Made by a program: the position numbers and the translations under genes. This document shows positions 29,171 through 32,000 of a DNA stretch of 32,000 nucleotides, one piece after another. The stretch is taken from the NCBI RefSeq assembly GCF_000010065.1, contig NC_006576.1, positions 2,160,001-2,192,000 on the forward strand. Reading direction: 5' to 3'. Position 1 is the first letter of the stretch. Each line of letters starts with the position of its first letter. Source of the stretch: Synechococcus elongatus PCC 6301. GTDB taxonomy: Bacteria; Cyanobacteriota; Cyanobacteriia; Synechococcales; Synechococcaceae. The notes beneath the pieces were generated by a model, which did not search any database, was not told the origin of the DNA, and worked only from the letters and a program-made list of their open reading frames with translations.

Positions 29171-30476
29171 TCATAGAAGTCGAAGAGATCATCAAACGTC
29201 TCCGGGTTTGATTCTGGTTGCTTTGCAGACTGCTCAGCTTTGCTGGGAGCGGTTTGAAGGGCCGTTTCAACGTCCTCGCGATCGGTAGAGGGTTCCGCCG
29301 GTGCGACAGGTGCCTCTGGCAAGGCGATCGGTTCCGCCTCTACCGTGCTGCGGTCATCTTCAGTTGCCGACGGCGCGATCGCGGCATCCTCAGAATCTGC
29401 TGTGGCACCCTCAGCGTCTGAGACTGTTGGGGACTCTGTGGGAACTGCAGTCGACGGCTCTGACGCCTGCTCAGAGAGAACGCTGGGTTCCGGCACCTCT
29501 GGTGCCAATTCAGGTGCCACAGGTGTTGCTTCCGGTTCTGCGATCGCGGGTTCCGGTTCGGGTGCTGGCGGCACGTAGTTGCGATCGACAATCCCCAGAA
29601 TTTCGCGGCGATCGAGTTCCCCCGCACCGAGCGATCGAGTACGGCTTGCCCGCCAGGCTGATAGTCGATTAAACGCACGGTGGTATTAAACGGCCCCGAT
29701 CGCGGCTGGCCTCGTTCATCCAAAAGTTCCAGCTTCACCCAGTTACGGCCGGGTTTCAGCCCTTCAAGATAGATCGGCTGCCAGTCCTCGGTGCGGAAGC
29801 TTTCACCGTTAACCGTGACGCGGATTTGCCAGTCTTCAATCTCATCATCCGCTTGAGCCAAACTATGGAGCGGCGCATTGGTCAAATAAAAATCCAACAT
29901 CACCGGCTCAGCCCCGTAGCTCCCCTTGGGACGGCTGTAGGTCAACAGGGGCTGGATGAGATTGGGGCGATCGCTCTCAGTGGGAGTGAAGACGCTGAAG
30001 CTCACTTGAGCGTAGGCACCTTCATTTTTGAAGCTCTCATGCCAGGGCCGCGAGGCAAAGACGCGCAGGGTATGGGTTCCGGGCTGGAGATCCGTCAGTT
30101 CAATCGGTTGGCCGACGTCATAAATCGCCTGATAGGGCTCGTTATCGAGAATCAAGTGGAGGTGCGGCCCCATCTGCCACTGCTCATTTAGGAAGAGCGG
30201 ATAGTCACGAACTTGAAGCTTGACCTCGACGCGATCACTCTCGATAACTTGGTCAGGCTTAGGGCTAAGAATTTTGACCTGCGGTTGATACTGATCGAGC
30301 GATCGACTCAGATCGGCGACTAATGCTGGTGGCGGAACTTCCTTGAGGCGACTGGCTCGCAGCGGCGTGGTGTCGAAGAGTGAAGCGCTGGGATCTGTCC
30401 GACAACCGATCAAAGCGATCGCTAAAAAAGAAACTACGACTCCCTTCAAGAATCGCGTCAGACCGAACTGCTTCAC
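29167..30476 (-). pseudogene. lipoprotein-like gene with a Pro/Glu/Ala-rich C-terminus, apparently split by a frameshift
   Basis: Upstream frame (ORF 29340..30629, likely GTG start at 30476, signal peptide FLKGVVVSFLAIALIGC lipobox) and downstream frame (ORF 29167..29574, extends upstream to the same point) join as ...VRG-ELDRREILGIVDRNYVPPAPEPEP... if one base is gained at the C5/G5 run 29619-29623. Confidence 0.6.
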
Positions 30477-30744
30477 GTCGAGCCTCTCACTTGCCCCTTG
30501 TCCTGTTGATACACCCTTGGGGGACACTCCTCCAAATCGGGGATCCTGACGGCTAAGCGATCGCCCCCAGCACAGTTGGTCAGCATAGACACAGTCATTC
30601 GGCAAACCTTTACATCTCTCAATGATCATTCAGCCTAAAGGCAGTCAATGAATGCTTTGCATTGGTCTTAGGAGCCGAAAACCCTTGTCCTGAAAGCTCT
30701 TTGAATTATTGTTAATCGCCTTCGGAGGCCCAAAAACCCGCCCC

Positions 30745-30750
30745 TATAAT
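30745..30750 (+). promoter_or_regulatory. candidate -10 element (TATAAT) for psaA
   Basis: Perfect TATAAT about 245 bp upstream of the psaA ATG; no consensus -35 at the expected spacing. Confidence 0.45.
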
Positions 30751-30922
30751 GCTCCCATCAGTGCTCCTTCCCGTGTGGAATCCTGCGTCGCTGTTTTTGT
30801 TTTCAGAGATTGCAGGTCCTTCCTAACCCTGGCGCCCACCGCTCCCTTGCTGAGCCAACTGCGCTATCCGGGTTCATGGTGCTGTTTAGTCTCGGAGTTG
30901 CCGAGGGGGTGGCCCCGAGAAA

Positions 30923-30950
30923 TCTGAGGTCGCCACGTGTGGCTCTCAGA
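30923..30950 (+). promoter_or_regulatory. hairpin in the psaA 5' leader
   Basis: TCTGAG-gtc-GCCAC-gt-GTGGC-t-CTCAGA; two nested stems directly upstream of the ribosome-binding region. Confidence 0.4.
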
Positions 30951-30993
30951 GGAAGGAGGAGGCCTCACCCTGTCTGAAGAGAGGAGAGTCTCA

Positions 30994-32000
30994 ATGACGA
31001 TAAGCCCACCGGAGCGAGAAGCGAAGGTGAAGGCGACGGTTGATAAAAATCCGGTTCCGACTTCTTTTGAGAAGTGGGGTAAGCCGGGTCACTTCGACCG
31101 GACGCTGGCCAAAGGACCCAAAACCACAACTTGGATTTGGAACCTTCACGCTAACGCTCACGATTTCGATAGTCATACCAGTGACCTTGAAGATATTTCA
31201 CGGAAAATCTTCAGCGCTCACTTTGGTCACCTTGCGGTGATCTTTATCTGGTTGAGCGGCGCTTACTTCCATGGCGCTCGCTTCTCCAATTTCAGCGGCT
31301 GGCTGGCCGATCCAACCCACGTCAAGCCCAGTGCCCAAGTCGTTTGGCCGATCTTCGGACAGGAGATCCTCAACGGCGATGTTGGCGGTGGCTTCCATGG
31401 CATTCAGATCACCTCCGGTCTGTTCCAGCTCTGGCGGGCCTCCGGCTACACCAACGAGTTTCAGCTCTACGTCACGGCGATCGGTGCGCTCGTGATGGCG
31501 GGTCTCATGCTGTTTGCTGGCTGGTTCCACTACCACAAAGCAGCTCCCAAGCTGGAATGGTTCCAAAACGTCGAATCGATGTTGAACCACCACTTGGCTG
31601 GCTTACTCGGTCTGGGCAGCTTGTCCTGGGCGGGTCACCAGATTCACGTGTCGCTGCCGGTCAACAAACTGCTGGATGCGATCGACGCTGGCGAACCGTT
31701 GGTTCTCAACGGCAAAACCATCGCTTCTGCGGCTGATATTCCGCTGCCGCATGAGTTCTTGGATGTCAGCCTGATCTCGCAGCTGTTCCCGGGCTTTGAA
31801 GCCGGTGTGAAAGCCTTCTTCACGCTCAACTGGTCAGCCTATGCCGACTTCCTGACCTTCAAAGGTGGCCTGAACCCCGTCACCGGTGGCCTCTGGCTGA
31901 CCGATACGGCTCACCACCACTTGGCGATCGCCGTCCTCTTCATTGTTGCGGGTCACATGTACCGCACGAACTGGGGTATCGGCCACAGCCTCAAAGAAAT
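30994..32000 (+). CDS. psaA: photosystem I P700 apoprotein A1 (5' part; runs off the window)
   Basis: [61 protein letters not shown]...; frame open to the window edge. Confidence 0.98.
   Translation, partial: MTISPPEREAKVKATVDKNPVPTSFEKWGKPGHFDRTLAKGPKTTTWIWNLHANAHDFDSHTSDLEDISRKIFSAHFGHLAVIFIWLSGAYFHGARFSNFSGWLADPTHVKPSAQVVWPIFGQEILNGDVGGGFHGIQITSGLFQLWRASGYTNEFQLYVTAIGALVMAGLMLFAGWFHYHKAAPKLEWFQNVESMLNHHLAGLLGLGSLSWAGHQIHVSLPVNKLLDAIDAGEPLVLNGKTIASAADIPLPHEFLDVSLISQLFPGFEAGVKAFFTLNWSAYADFLTFKGGLNPVTGGLWLTDTAHHHLAIAVLFIVAGHMYRTNWGIGHSLKE

Noticed and set aside
29301-29672. 123-aa plus-strand ORF across the frameshift region
   Set aside because: Translation is Arg/Pro-rich shadow sequence of the acidic low-complexity minus-strand frame.
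30709-30927. 72-aa plus-strand ORF upstream of psaA
   Set aside because: Starts upstream of or overlaps the likely -10 element and has no recognisable motif; better explained as promoter and leader.
1-32000. CRISPR arrays, insertion sequences or phage genes
   Set aside because: No regularly spaced direct repeats and no transposase, integrase or Cas-like proteins in the ORF track; the recurring octamer is HIP1.

Overview
This window is ordinary housekeeping chromosome from a unicellular cyanobacterium, almost certainly Synechococcus elongatus (PCC 7942/6301 type). The species call rests on the PipX protein sequence, psaA, and the very dense HIP1 octamer GCGATCGC. In order it carries: the 3' end of ackA; a histidine-phosphatase family gene; a DCC-family gene; a leftward chaperone cluster grpE-dnaK-dnaJ-tusA-like-rsgA; the type IV pilus cluster pilB-pilT-pilC plus a short tail gene; an HI0933-type flavoprotein; dusA; a small helix-hairpin-helix protein; pheS; surE; lycopene cyclase; pipX-pipY-sepF-proC; plsY; a DUF2949-like gene; a UbiH/COQ6-type hydroxylase; a methyltransferase; an S9 peptidase; an oppC/dppC-like permease; a TM0106-type RecB-like nuclease; a lipoprotein gene that appears frameshifted; and the 5' part of psaA. 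I saw no CRISPR array, mobile element, rRNA or tRNA, and no convincing undescribed multi-gene system. The observations most worth a second look are: (1) an apparent frameshift at a five-base C/G run inside the lipoprotein gene near 29619-29623; (2) convergent gene pairs whose stop codons interlock in a palindrome or overlap; (3) 4-nt coupled overlaps joining dnaJ, a TusA-like gene and rsgA; (4) hairpins in the psaA leader and the grpE-dnaK gap; (5) an uncharacterised gene directly after pilC. All identifications come from reading the protein sequences; no database search was run.
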